Origin: Pelagibacteraceae bacterium
Lineage (GTDB): Bacteria; Pseudomonadota; Alphaproteobacteria; Pelagibacterales; Pelagibacteraceae
Length of the DNA: 51,320 bases
Assembly (NCBI GenBank): GCA_002684895.1
Contig: NYVZ01000004.1
Location: 20,164 to 71,483, forward strand
Reading direction: 5' to 3'
The notes under the pieces were generated by a model. The model made no database searches. It had not been told where the DNA came from and saw nothing but the letters and a program-made list of their open reading frames with translations. Positions 10,276 through 20,807 of the stretch are shown in pieces. Each line of letters starts with the position of its first letter. Position 1 is the stretch's first letter. The position numbers and the translations under genes were made by a program.

Positions 10276-12404
10276 CAAGGGTAAATTTCTCTTTTACCCG
10301 TATGATTTGCTGGACTAATGATTTTTGCTTCTTCCATTTGATCAATTATTCTTGCAGCTCTATTATATCCTATTTGTAATTTTCTTTGTAAAAAGCTAGT
10401 TGAAGCTTTTCCCTCCGATTTAATTAAGTTCACTGCTTGATTAAATAACTCGTCTTTTTCTGACGTATTATGAATACCATTTGTATCAGTATCATTATCT
10501 TCAATTTTTGTAATATCATCAATATAAGTTGGTGAGCCTTGGGATCTCAAAAAGGTACTTACTTTTTCTATTTCCGAGTCAGAAACAAATGGACCATGTA
10601 TTCTAACCATCCTACTTGCTGATGACATAAATAACATATCACCTTTCCCAAGTAATTGTTCTGCACCCTGTTCACCTAAAATCGTTCGACTATCAATTTT
10701 AGATGTAACTTGAAATGAAATCCGAGTAGGAAAATTTGCTTTGATAGTTCCAGTTATAACATCAACACTAGGTCTTTGAGTTGCCATAACAATGTGGATT
10801 CCTGCCGCCCTAGCCATTTGTGCTAGTCTTTGAATATAGTTTTCAACTTGCTTACCGGATACCATCATTAGATCTGCCATTTCATCTACGACAACAACAA
10901 TATAGGGCATAACTTTTTTACCTTCTTTTTTAGCCTTTTCATTAAAGCCTGATATATTTCTCACACCTTCCTCTGTCATTTTTCTGTACCTTGTTTCCAT
11001 TTCATTAACAGTCCATTTAAGTGCAGAAGTTGCTTTCTTTGGTTCCGTAATTACCGGTGAAAGCAAATGTGGAATACCCTGATAAACAGATAACTCTAAC
11101 ATTTTGGGATCAATTAAAATTAATTTGCATGTTTCGGGCGTGTGCCTGTAAAGAACTGAAAGGATTAAAGTATTTATACATACTGACTTTCCGGATCCGG
11201 TTGTTCCAGCAATAAGTAGATGAGGCATGCTTACTAGGTCCCCTACAATCGGGTAGCCAGCAATAGTTTTTCCTAATGTAATTGGAATATTTATTTTTGT
11301 ATTTGCAAATTCACTACTTTCGATAATTTGTCTGTAATTAACAGGGTCAATTTCTTTATTCGGAATTTCAATACCAATTGTATTTTTTCCAGGAACAGGG
11401 GCAATTCTTGTAGAAATTGAACTAGTACTTCTAGCAATATCATCAGTGAGATTAATTATTTTAGATGTTTTGATACCAGCAGCAGGTTCAAATTCATATA
11501 ATGTTACCACAGGTCCAGGGCTTACTTTTTTAATTTTACCCATAATACCAAAGTCTAGAAGAGTGTTTTCAAGAAACTTAGAAAGTTCTTTATGATCATT
11601 TGTAAGAATATCGGAGTTTTTATTTGCTTTACTTTCATTTAAAAAATTAATTAATGGAAGTTTGTATTCACCAGGTTTAAAGTTCACACTATTTATATTA
11701 TTGAATGGAAAACTAGTTTGAGTTTCCATTGATCTAGGTTTAAAACTCTGATTTATTGTTGGAACGTGCTCATCCGGCTCCTGAATAGTAGCTTGATCGA
11801 TGGAACCAGCTTTTTTAAAAATTATTTTAATTATTTTAAAAGGTAAAATTAAAACAATAACAGCTCTTTTAAAAATTATTAACCATTGAGAGGCATTTAA
11901 ACCTAAACTTAATATGAAAAATATTGATGCTAGTACTAAAGAGGTATATGCAAATATATTATTATAATTATAAAATTCTAAAGGAATTAAACCTATTAAG
12001 TAGGCACCTAGAAAACCACTATTGCCGTTATCAGGTAACCAAAAATTTTGATTGAATAAAATTTTTAATCCAAAGGTAGATAGACAAAGGTAAAAAACAA
12101 TAAATAATAGTTTAATTGAAAAATTAGAAACTACTTTTTTTATAACTATCAACCAGCTCCAAATAAATAGATTTATAAAAATTAAAAAGCAAGGAAGACC
12201 AAAAGCTTGTAATAAAAAATCTGCGACATAAAAACTATAATTTATTAGAAAGACATCATCTGTTTTACCAGGAGTTATTAATGTCGCATTTTCTGGAGAA
12301 TATGTAACGATCGAGTAAAGATAAAATATAGAAAATGTAAGAATTATTAAACCTGATGTTTCTATAAGTCTAAGCTTTAAGAAATCTAGTATTTTTTGTA
12401 GCAT
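10275..12404 (-). CDS. ftsK: DNA translocase FtsK
   Basis: N-terminal TM domain, PHLLIAGTTGSGKS, DEMADLM, ATQRPS, gamma domain LQRKLQIGYNRAAR. Confidence 0.99.
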   Translation of the reverse strand: MLQKILDFLKLRLIETSGLIILTFSIFYLYSIVTYSPENATLITPGKTDDVFLINYSFYVADFLLQAFGLPCFLIFINLFIWSWLIVIKKVVSNFSIKLLFIVFYLCLSTFGLKILFNQNFWLPDNGNSGFLGAYLIGLIPLEFYNYNNIFAYTSLVLASIFFILSLGLNASQWLIIFKRAVIVLILPFKIIKIIFKKAGSIDQATIQEPDEHVPTINQSFKPRSMETQTSFPFNNINSVNFKPGEYKLPLINFLNESKANKNSDILTNDHKELSKFLENTLLDFGIMGKIKKVSPGPVVTLYEFEPAAGIKTSKIINLTDDIARSTSSISTRIAPVPGKNTIGIEIPNKEIDPVNYRQIIESSEFANTKINIPITLGKTIAGYPIVGDLVSMPHLLIAGTTGSGKSVCINTLILSVLYRHTPETCKLILIDPKMLELSVYQGIPHLLSPVITEPKKATSALKWTVNEMETRYRKMTEEGVRNISGFNEKAKKEGKKVMPYIVVVVDEMADLMMVSGKQVENYIQRLAQMARAAGIHIVMATQRPSVDVITGTIKANFPTRISFQVTSKIDSRTILGEQGAEQLLGKGDMLFMSSASRMVRIHGPFVSDSEIEKVSTFLRSQGSPTYIDDITKIEDNDTDTNGIHNTSEKDELFNQAVNLIKSEGKASTSFLQRKLQIGYNRAARIIDQMEEAKIISPANHTGKREIYP

Positions 12405-12465
12405 ATATCAAATTTTACGAATCAACCTTTGTTACTTTCTAACATTTTTTGTAAGATTGATAAAA

Positions 12466-13557
12466 ATGGATAAAAAAATAATTCAAAAAATTGGTATAAT
12501 TGGAGATGGTTTGACCGGAAAATTGGTTGCAATTGCCTTATTTAGACTAGGTTACCCAATAGAAATCGTTGGAAAAAAAGGTTCTAAGCGTTCAGCGTCC
12601 GCGGCTTCAATTTCGATATCCAATGATAGTTTCAATTTTTTAAAAGAACTTAAGATTTACAAATTAGAAAAAATTAGCAACCCGATTAATACAATTAAGC
12701 TTTATGAGAATAATAAGAATTATTTGGATCCTGATAGTATGTTTTTTAATAAAACTAAAAAAACACCACTAAGTTATATCGTTTTAAAGGATCAACTTAA
12801 TAAAGCTTTAGAACAGAATATTAAAATATTAAAGATTAAAAAGGTTTATGAAAATAAGTCTTATGCTTTAAATATCAATACTGTCGCAAACGATACTAAG
12901 TCAAAAAATATAAATTGGGATTATCAAGAAGATGCTTTTACATTCATCATAAAACATGAAAAAGTTTTGAATAATTGTTCAAGGCAATTTTTTCTACAAG
13001 ATGGACCTCTGGCTTTTTTACCAATATCATCAAATGAAACCTCTTTAGTTTGGTCTTTAGCAAAAAATTCTGAAGTTAGAAAATTGATTTCCGTAAAATC
13101 AAATTTAGAGAAATTTTTAAATAGCTCTTTTCAAATGTATAAAGATATTAAAATTAATTCTAAAATTGAAAATTTTCCATTAAGATTTAATTTTTTAACA
13201 TCAAATATAAAACCAAGAAAAATTATTATTGGTGATATTAGTCATCGTATTCATCCAATTGCAGGGCAAGGATGGAATATGACAGTCAGAGATATAAAAC
13301 ATTTATATGATCTTTATAAATCTAAAAAAAAATATGGTTATGATTATGGAGAATTATCATTATTAGAGCAATATGAAACAAAAGTTAAATATAATAATTT
13401 AATTTTTGCATCATCAATAGATCTTGTAAGGAGATTGTTTAAATTCAACAACAAAGAAATTTCAAATTTAAGAAAGAAAGGTTTTAGACAATTAGATAAG
13501 TTTCCCGAAATTAAAAGTGAAATTATAAAATTTGCCGATAGGGGTTTATCTTTCTAG
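12466..13557 (+). CDS. UbiH/UbiL-family FAD-dependent ubiquinone hydroxylase
   Basis: IIGDGLTG, GPLAFLP, IGDISHRIHPIAGQGWN; divergent from ftsK; start ATG 12466 or TTG 12457. Confidence 0.85.
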   Translation: MDKKIIQKIGIIGDGLTGKLVAIALFRLGYPIEIVGKKGSKRSASAASISISNDSFNFLKELKIYKLEKISNPINTIKLYENNKNYLDPDSMFFNKTKKTPLSYIVLKDQLNKALEQNIKILKIKKVYENKSYALNINTVANDTKSKNINWDYQEDAFTFIIKHEKVLNNCSRQFFLQDGPLAFLPISSNETSLVWSLAKNSEVRKLISVKSNLEKFLNSSFQMYKDIKINSKIENFPLRFNFLTSNIKPRKIIIGDISHRIHPIAGQGWNMTVRDIKHLYDLYKSKKKYGYDYGELSLLEQYETKVKYNNLIFASSIDLVRRLFKFNNKEISNLRKKGFRQLDKFPEIKSEIIKFADRGLSF

Positions 13558-13812
13558 AGATAATAACCTTTTTTTTGTTTTGATACCTCCAGGACCAGAG
13601 TAACCACCCAATTTTCCATCAGATCGAATAACTCTGTGGCATGGTATTTTTATTGGATATGGATTTTTACCAACTGCGTTTGCTACAGCTCTTACAGCTT
13701 TTGGTTTGCCTATTGCTTTAGCTACCTCTAAATATGTTTTAGTTTTACCTTTTGGTATTTTGATTAAGTATTTCCATACTTTAATTTGAAGCGCTGTTCC
13801 TTTTAATTTCAT
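13546..13812 (-). CDS. ogt: Single-domain methylated-DNA-protein-cysteine methyltransferase (MGMT/Ogt)
   Basis: IPKG..KTY, RAVANA, NP..IPCHRV active-site Cys. Confidence 0.9.
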   Translation of the reverse strand: MKLKGTALQIKVWKYLIKIPKGKTKTYLEVAKAIGKPKAVRAVANAVGKNPYPIKIPCHRVIRSDGKLGGYSGPGGIKTKKRLLSLER

Positions 13813-13830
13813 ATTTGATATATTTTTAAC

Positions 13831-15168
13831 ATGAATTTCTATGCACTATCAACTCCACCAGGTATTTCTGGAATTGCTGTAATACGTATTTCTGGAAAAG
13901 AAGCATTGCAAATAGCCAATCAAATTACGAGAAAAGTTATTGATCAACCTAGATCCGCTTTATTACAATCTTTTTATGATCAAGAGGGTGATCTGATAGA
14001 TGAGGGTATTTTAATTTGGTATCCAGAAGGTCAGAGTTACACTGGAGATAATCTAATTGAAATTCATACTCATGGAAGCAAAGCGGTAATTAATAAATTA
14101 CTGAATGATTTAGAAGCGAGGAAAGATTGCAGATTAGCTGAACCTGGTGAATTCACAAAAACCGCTTATCAAAACAATAGAATTAATTTGTATGAAGCTG
14201 AGTCAATTGCCGATCTTCTACAAGCAGAAACTGAAGCACAAAGAATACAAGCATTAAGACTCAAAAACAGTAGTCCAAAGTTTTTAGTGTGGAGAGAAAC
14301 TATTTTAGATGTATTAAGCAAAACAGAAGCATCAATTGATTTCTCAGAAGAAGACTTGCCAGAAAGTATTAATCAAGACAACGAAAAAAAAATTAAGTTA
14401 ATTGTTGCAGATATCGATGAGATGTTAGATGAGTCAATGGGTGAGATAATAAGAGATGGTTACAAAATTGCTATTATAGGTCCACCAAATGCAGGTAAAT
14501 CAAGTTTCTTAAACTTACTTGTGAAAAGGCAGGCAGCAATAGTCTCGAGTATTAAAGGTACAACAAGGGATGTAATTGAAGTTAAATATAATATAAATAA
14601 TTATCCTGTTATTTTGACTGATACAGCAGGTATTAGAAATACTAAAAATAAAGTCGAAAAAACTGGCGTAGAATTGGCTTTAAATGCCAGTAAAGAGGCT
14701 AATTTAGATATTTTAATACTAGATGGAACTGAAAAGAAAATACCCAAAAATTTACAAAAATTAATCACAGATAAGACGGTAATTGTTTTAAATAAAAAAG
14801 ATAAAAAGAGCTTTAATTCAAAAAAAATTATTAAAGAATTAAAAGAGTATAAATTTAAGGATTTAATAGAGGTGTCTATTAAAGATAAAACTGGAATTAA
14901 TAAATTAAATTCCAAGCTTAAAAAATTTGTATCACAAATAGACTCCGTTCAATCAACAACTTTGATTTCTAGGGCAAGACACAGGTCATTATTAAAAAAA
15001 TGTTCTAATAGACTGCATGATTATCTTCAAATCACTAAATCAAATGAGGTAGAAAAAGCAGCTGAAGAATTAAGATTAGCATCGAATAACCTAGGTCACA
15101 TTGTAGGCTTTGTTGGAGTAGAAGAAATATTAGGTAGAATATTTACAGATTTTTGTATCGGAAAATAG
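13831..15168 (+). CDS. mnmE: tRNA modification GTPase MnmE
   Basis: GPPNAGKSS, GTTRD, DTAG, NKKD, C-terminal FCIGK. Confidence 0.99.
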   Translation: MNFYALSTPPGISGIAVIRISGKEALQIANQITRKVIDQPRSALLQSFYDQEGDLIDEGILIWYPEGQSYTGDNLIEIHTHGSKAVINKLLNDLEARKDCRLAEPGEFTKTAYQNNRINLYEAESIADLLQAETEAQRIQALRLKNSSPKFLVWRETILDVLSKTEASIDFSEEDLPESINQDNEKKIKLIVADIDEMLDESMGEIIRDGYKIAIIGPPNAGKSSFLNLLVKRQAAIVSSIKGTTRDVIEVKYNINNYPVILTDTAGIRNTKNKVEKTGVELALNASKEANLDILILDGTEKKIPKNLQKLITDKTVIVLNKKDKKSFNSKKIIKELKEYKFKDLIEVSIKDKTGINKLNSKLKKFVSQIDSVQSTTLISRARHRSLLKKCSNRLHDYLQITKSNEVEKAAEELRLASNNLGHIVGFVGVEEILGRIFTDFCIGK

Positions 15169-15213
15169 CTAAATCTCTCTTGTAAAATTATCCCTCAGCT
15201 ATAAATTCAAGTA

Positions 15214-17073
15214 ATGGAAAGTTTTGATGTTGTCGTTATAGGCGCTGGTCACGCTGGATGTGAAGCTGCTGCAGCTTCGGCACGAATGAAAGTTAATACA
15301 GCTCTAGTTACAACAAATGAAAATTCAATTGGTGAAATGTCTTGCAACCCAGCCATAGGTGGTTTAGGCAAAGGTCATCTTGTTAGAGAAATTGACGCTT
15401 TTGATGGTGTCATGCCAAAAGTTGCAGATGCATCGGGAATTCAATTTAGATTATTAAACAGAAGTAGAGGTCCAGCAGTTAGAGGTCCAAGAACACAGTC
15501 AGACCGTAAACTTTATAAGAAATATATGAAAGAGTGTCTAATAAGTCATTGTAATCTAAGCATTTTTTATGATCCAGTAGTTAAATTCATTTTTAATGAG
15601 AATGAAATAATTGGCGTTGTCTTAAACTCTGGAAAAGAGCTTAGAGCGAAAAAAATTGTTTTAACTACAGGAACTTTCTTAAATGGCGTTATTCATATTG
15701 GAAGTGAAATGAAACCAGGTGGAAGACATGGTGAAGATCCAACCAAAGGGTTAAGTGAACAGTTAAAAAAATTTAATTTAAACATTGCTAGATTAAAAAC
15801 TGGCACACCTCCTCGACTTGATGGAAGAACTATAAATTTTGAAAATTTGGAAGAACAAAAAGCTGATGACAGTCCTTATTTTTTTTCTGTCGACACAAAA
15901 AAAATCAATGTGAAACAGGTCTCATGTTTTATGACTTATACAAATGATGAGGTTCATAAAATTATAGAAAAAAATTTAAATCGTTCTGCGATGTATAGTG
16001 GTAATATTAAAAGTGTTGGACCTAGATATTGTCCATCTATTGAAGATAAAATTGTAAAATTTAAAGATAAATCTAGACACCAAATTTTCTTAGAGCCAGA
16101 AGGACTCGATGATCATACTATTTATCCAAATGGCATTTCAACATCATTACCAGCCGATGCACAACAAGAAATATTGTTTAAAATCAATGGCTTATCTGAT
16201 GTTGAGATGATTAGACCTGGTTATGCAATTGAGTATGATTATGTTGATCCAAGGGAACTAAATGCTACTTTAGAATTAAAAAAAATCAAATCTTTGTTTT
16301 TAGCCGGCCAGATAAATGGAACTACTGGTTATGAAGAAGCAGCAGCGCAAGGTTTAATAGCAGGTATCAATGCAGCACTTCAAAGTCAAAATAAAGAGGT
16401 ATTTACCTTAGATAGATCACAGGCCTATATCGGAGTAATGATTGATGATCTTATCACAAAAGGTGTTGCTGAACCTTATCGTATGTTCACTTCTCGAGCA
16501 GAGTATAGATTAACCCTAAGGGCAGATAATGCTGATTTAAGATTATCATCACTTGCGAAAGATTTGGAAATATTAAGTGAATCAAGACTGAGAGATTTTG
16601 AAATTAAACTTAAAAATATTAATAATCTTAAAGTGCATTTGTCTTCCAGATCTATGACCCCTAATCAAGCATCGAAACATGGAATTAAAATCTCAAAGGA
16701 TGGAGTTAAACGAAACGGTTTGGAGTTATTGAAGTACAAAGACGTTAATTTTGAAAAATTAAAATCAATATTCGATTTAGATGATTTTGACAGCGATGTC
16801 ATTGAGCAAGTAGAGATAGATAATCACTATTCTGGTTATTATGCCAAGCAGGAAGATGATATCGAAGTTTTTAAAAAGGATGAAAATCTCAAAATACCTG
16901 AAAATATAGACTATTCTAAAATAAGCGGTTTATCGAACGAGATTAGGCAAAAACTAGAGCTCATTAGGCCTAAAACCTTCGGTCAGGCATCAAGAATAGA
17001 GGGTATTACTCCATCAGCTATAAATCTTCTTTTAACTTATTCTAAAAGGTATAATTTTAAGCATACAGCTTAA
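15214..17073 (+). CDS. mnmG: tRNA uridine-5-carboxymethylaminomethyl enzyme MnmG (GidA)
   Basis: [43 protein letters not shown]. Confidence 0.99.
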   Translation: MESFDVVVIGAGHAGCEAAAASARMKVNTALVTTNENSIGEMSCNPAIGGLGKGHLVREIDAFDGVMPKVADASGIQFRLLNRSRGPAVRGPRTQSDRKLYKKYMKECLISHCNLSIFYDPVVKFIFNENEIIGVVLNSGKELRAKKIVLTTGTFLNGVIHIGSEMKPGGRHGEDPTKGLSEQLKKFNLNIARLKTGTPPRLDGRTINFENLEEQKADDSPYFFSVDTKKINVKQVSCFMTYTNDEVHKIIEKNLNRSAMYSGNIKSVGPRYCPSIEDKIVKFKDKSRHQIFLEPEGLDDHTIYPNGISTSLPADAQQEILFKINGLSDVEMIRPGYAIEYDYVDPRELNATLELKKIKSLFLAGQINGTTGYEEAAAQGLIAGINAALQSQNKEVFTLDRSQAYIGVMIDDLITKGVAEPYRMFTSRAEYRLTLRADNADLRLSSLAKDLEILSESRLRDFEIKLKNINNLKVHLSSRSMTPNQASKHGIKISKDGVKRNGLELLKYKDVNFEKLKSIFDLDDFDSDVIEQVEIDNHYSGYYAKQEDDIEVFKKDENLKIPENIDYSKISGLSNEIRQKLELIRPKTFGQASRIEGITPSAINLLLTYSKRYNFKHTA

Positions 17074-17691
17074 ATGATTCGATCCAGTTATTTTGAAAAT
17101 AGTGTTTCACGTGAAACATTCCAAAAAATCAACAAATATCATGAATTTTTAATCGAAAATAACCAGAAATTGTCGCTTATTTCAAAAAAAAGTGAAGAAA
17201 TTGCAGTAAAGAGACACTACGAAGACTGTGCACAAATAATTAAATACTTAGATAACACTGACAAAAAAATATTGGATATCGGTAGTGGTGCTGGGCTTCC
17301 AGGAATTATACTTGATATTATAAAAAATGATCATAATTTAGAGTTTTCAACACATTTGGTTGAAAAAAGCCCAAAAAAGGGGAAGTTCTTAGAAAAAGTA
17401 AATAGTTTTCTTGATCTAAATGTGAAAATACATAACTGTGATGTTAGTTCGATGGAAAATAAAAAATTTACCACTCTTGTCACCAGAGCTTTTAAGCCAA
17501 TGAATTCTTTTTTTAAAATTATTACTAATGCTCAACTTAGTTTTAACAAAATTATAATGCTGAAGGGTGAAAAATTCCTAGATGAATTTAATGAAGCAAA
17601 AACATATTTTGAAATAAAATGTGATATGCACGAAAGTACAACAAATCCTGGTTCGAAAGTTTTTGTAATAAAAAGTGTAAGTAAATTATAA
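17074..17691 (+). CDS. rsmG: 16S rRNA m7G527 methyltransferase RsmG (GidB)
   Basis: RHYED, LDIGSGAGLPG, TRAF, LKG; lies between mnmG and parA. Confidence 0.96.
   Translation: MIRSSYFENSVSRETFQKINKYHEFLIENNQKLSLISKKSEEIAVKRHYEDCAQIIKYLDNTDKKILDIGSGAGLPGIILDIIKNDHNLEFSTHLVEKSPKKGKFLEKVNSFLDLNVKIHNCDVSSMENKKFTTLVTRAFKPMNSFFKIITNAQLSFNKIIMLKGEKFLDEFNEAKTYFEIKCDMHESTTNPGSKVFVIKSVSKL
17103..17118. promoter_or_regulatory. parS centromere-like site (ParB binding)
   Basis: Perfect 16-bp palindrome TGTTTCACGTGAAACA, the canonical parS consensus, about 0.6 kb upstream of parA. Confidence 0.95.
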
Positions 17692-18480
17692 ATGACAAAA
17701 ATAATTTCGATAATTAATCAAAAGGGTGGTGTTGGTAAAACAACATCGACAATTAATTTAGGTTGTGCATTAGCAAATCAAGGACAAAAAATTTTACTAA
17801 TAGATCTAGACCCGCAGGGTAATGCTTCAACTGGTTTAGGTATAGAACCTGAAACAAGATTAAAAACAATTTATGAATTTTTGTTAAACCCAGAATTAGA
17901 TCCATCCGCTTTTATAATAAATTCAAACATAGACAATTTGGATATTATTACTGCAAATGTTGACTTATCCGGTCTTGAAACTGAAGTTGCTGAAAATAAC
18001 AAAAGAGCATTCTTTTTAAAAGAGATTATAGCCAGAATAAACGAAAAAAATGAATATAATCAGATACTTATAGATTGCCCTCCATCTTTAAGTTTGCTCA
18101 CTATTATGGCCCTAGTTGCATCAGATACTGTCATTATACCACTACAAACAGAATTTTTTGCTCTGGAAGGGGTTTCTCAGTTAATAAAAACTATAGAAAG
18201 AGTTAAGCAAAATTTAAATAAAGCTTTAGATATACAAGGTGTGATTTTAACCATGTATGACAAAAGAAATAAACTTTGTTCGCAAGTTGAAAGTGAAGCG
18301 AGGAGATATTTTAATAATAAGGTTTATAAATCTGTTATACCGAGAAATGTTAGAATTTCAGAAGCACCATCCCACGGATTACCTGTAATTAAATACGATA
18401 AAAACTGCACGGGAACTCTTGCTTATCAAAATTTAGCTAAAGAAGTTTTGGAACAGTATAAGGATAGTGTAGCTGCATAA
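17692..18480 (+). CDS. parA: Chromosome partitioning ATPase ParA/Soj
   Basis: NQKGGVGKTT, DLDPQGNA, DCPPSL, IPRNVRISEAPSHG. Confidence 0.98.
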   Translation: MTKIISIINQKGGVGKTTSTINLGCALANQGQKILLIDLDPQGNASTGLGIEPETRLKTIYEFLLNPELDPSAFIINSNIDNLDIITANVDLSGLETEVAENNKRAFFLKEIIARINEKNEYNQILIDCPPSLSLLTIMALVASDTVIIPLQTEFFALEGVSQLIKTIERVKQNLNKALDIQGVILTMYDKRNKLCSQVESEARRYFNNKVYKSVIPRNVRISEAPSHGLPVIKYDKNCTGTLAYQNLAKEVLEQYKDSVAA

Positions 18481-19340
18481 TGGTAAAATCCAAAGGCTTA
18501 GGTAAGGGACTATCAGCTTTATTAGGTGACAATAATGATGACGAAAATATAGTTGATCTTAAAAATTTTAAATCTGATAAAACTCCTATTCACCAGTTGG
18601 TTCCAAATAAATTTCAGCCTAGAAAAAATTTCGAAAAAAAACAATTGGAGGAACTTGCTGTATCCATTAAAAACAGGGGTATTATACAACCAATTGCTGT
18701 TAGAAAAATATCAGATAATAAATTTGAAATTATAGCCGGTGAAAGACGTTGGCGGGCAGCACAGCTGGCCAATATGCATGAGGTTCCAACAGTTATTTTG
18801 GATGCCAATGATGAATTAGCCGCTGAATTCGCGGTTTTAGAGAACGTTCAGCGAGAAGGTCTAAATGCTCTAGAAGAGGCCGAAGGTTATCAGACTTTGA
18901 TCAATACATTTGGATATACTCAGGACAAAATTGCTGAAATGATCGGTAAAAGCAGAGCATATATAGCTAATATGTTGAGATTAAAAAAACTACCTAATGA
19001 AATACAAAACATGGTTACCAACGGATTACTTACAGCAGGTCATGCAAGATCATTAATAGACGTCGATAAGAATATAGAATTGGCAAAAGTAATAATTAAC
19101 AAGAATTTGTCTGTAAGACAATCCGAGCTATTATCAAAGAAGAATCCAAAATCCTATCAAAGCGATAAAGAAAAAAGCATAGATCCAAATGTTAAAGATT
19201 TACAAAATTCCTTGGAATTGAAAACTGGAATGAAAGTCAATATAAATTACAAAAAAAACAATACTGGAAAAATAACTTTTGAGTATAAAGATCTTGATCA
19301 GTTAAATAAATTTATAGCTAATGTGAAGAGTAAGTATTAA
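18480..19340 (+). CDS. parB: Chromosome partitioning CTPase ParB/Spo0J
   Basis: GLGKGLSAL, QPR, GERRWRAA, ENVQRE, HTH with GKSR..IAN. Confidence 0.98.
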   Translation: MVKSKGLGKGLSALLGDNNDDENIVDLKNFKSDKTPIHQLVPNKFQPRKNFEKKQLEELAVSIKNRGIIQPIAVRKISDNKFEIIAGERRWRAAQLANMHEVPTVILDANDELAAEFAVLENVQREGLNALEEAEGYQTLINTFGYTQDKIAEMIGKSRAYIANMLRLKKLPNEIQNMVTNGLLTAGHARSLIDVDKNIELAKVIINKNLSVRQSELLSKKNPKSYQSDKEKSIDPNVKDLQNSLELKTGMKVNINYKKNNTGKITFEYKDLDQLNKFIANVKSKY

Positions 19341-20328
19341 TTAGGACTTTCTTCGTAATTATATCTAGTAAAAACTTATTAAAGATTGTTTCTGAAACCT
19401 CATAGTTTTCTTTACATAAGATTTCAATGTGGTTGATTTTATCTAGCAAGGTATTTAGTTGGTCTACATTCCACATTGACATTTGAGTTTGAACTGAGCT
19501 TTTTTCCTTCCAAAAAATTGGCGGTTTATATTTTGTTAATAAAGATGAGATACTTTTTTCTTCTTTATCAAATTCATAAATACTTATTAATCTTTTTATT
19601 TTATATTTTAAGGGTCCCAAAACTTCGTTAAAATTAAATGAAAAATGATAAAAGCTGGATAATATTTTTTTTAATTCTTTTTTATTACAAGACAGAAGAA
19701 TATCTGAAATCTGAAAAGCGTCAAAGGATGATGTTGTATTAAATAAAGATGATAATATTCCATTGTCTAAAATGTTGTCTTTTGAAATTAATTGTAATTT
19801 CGTAAGTCCGCTGTTTATATCGCTTCTGTTTAATTTGTTTATACTAAATAGCTGGTCTATTGTTTCGTTAGAAACTTTTAATCCAAGAGAATTAATACCG
19901 TGCCGAAGTAAGCTTTGTAGAGTTTTTTCATCATCATCATAACAGGGAATGCATGAAATTAATTTATGCTTTTCCGCGATACTTCTTAATTTGCTATTTT
20001 TCTGTAAACTTTCAGAGATTATTATTAGTTTATTATCTAAATTTTCTAAATCTATGTAGTTAAGTAATTTGTCGGATGTATCTTTTATTATAAGTATTTC
20101 TTTTTCACCAAATAAACTATCTTGGTTTAAATAATTATCTAATATATCGATTTTATTTAACAGCTCATCTTGTTTTATGAATGTGTTCTTATAATTATTT
20201 TTTTTATAAATATTATTAAGTTTTTCAACAATTTCATTTTTCAAATAATAATTTTCACCATATATTAATATAACTTTATAATTATTGAACAGTTTTTCAT
20301 AATCTATAGAAAAACTTTTAATTATCAT
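19318..20328 (-). CDS. holA: DNA polymerase III delta subunit
   Basis: ILIYGEN, SLF, SKLR, CIPCY, PPIFWK; leuS-lptE-holA synteny. Confidence 0.9.
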   Translation of the reverse strand: MIIKSFSIDYEKLFNNYKVILIYGENYYLKNEIVEKLNNIYKKNNYKNTFIKQDELLNKIDILDNYLNQDSLFGEKEILIIKDTSDKLLNYIDLENLDNKLIIISESLQKNSKLRSIAEKHKLISCIPCYDDDEKTLQSLLRHGINSLGLKVSNETIDQLFSINKLNRSDINSGLTKLQLISKDNILDNGILSSLFNTTSSFDAFQISDILLSCNKKELKKILSSFYHFSFNFNEVLGPLKYKIKRLISIYEFDKEEKSISSLLTKYKPPIFWKEKSSVQTQMSMWNVDQLNTLLDKINHIEILCKENYEVSETIFNKFLLDIITKKVLINTYSSH

Positions 20329-20807
20329 TTTTTGTTTGAAATAATTTTTGCTCTTATTGCAAATGTGAGTTCTTGTACTAGATTTGTAATGATATTTTCT
20401 TTTTCAATTCTTTTAGTTTCTGCATCTGTCGATATATTGTTTGTTACACTAACTCTTTTACTTCCACTCAAACTTTCTTTTCCTATTAGGATTTTATTTT
20501 CATCAAAAATCTTCATAGTTATAGTGACAGTAATTTCCTCTCTTGTAGTAACACCAGCGGTATCTTTTGTAACTGACGTTGCACCTTCTTGTAAATTTAT
20601 TTTTACAAGATACGAGTTTTTAGCTATTTTTGTGATTGGAATATTTAGGTTACTACGTAAAAAATAGGCCAATTCATTTGGTCCAGAATATTCAATTTTA
20701 CTGATTTTAATATCTGCAAGATCTACATTTTTCAGCATAGGCGTAAATCCACAAGCGGGTATTAATAATATAACTATAAAAAATATTACATGATTAATTT
20801 TTTTCAT
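20325..20807 (-). CDS. lptE: LPS assembly lipoprotein LptE
   Basis: Lipobox IPAC followed by GFTPM; position between leuS and holA. Confidence 0.8.
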   Translation of the reverse strand: MKKINHVIFFIVILLIPACGFTPMLKNVDLADIKISKIEYSGPNELAYFLRSNLNIPITKIAKNSYLVKINLQEGATSVTKDTAGVTTREEITVTITMKIFDENKILIGKESLSGSKRVSVTNNISTDAETKRIEKENIITNLVQELTFAIRAKIISNKK

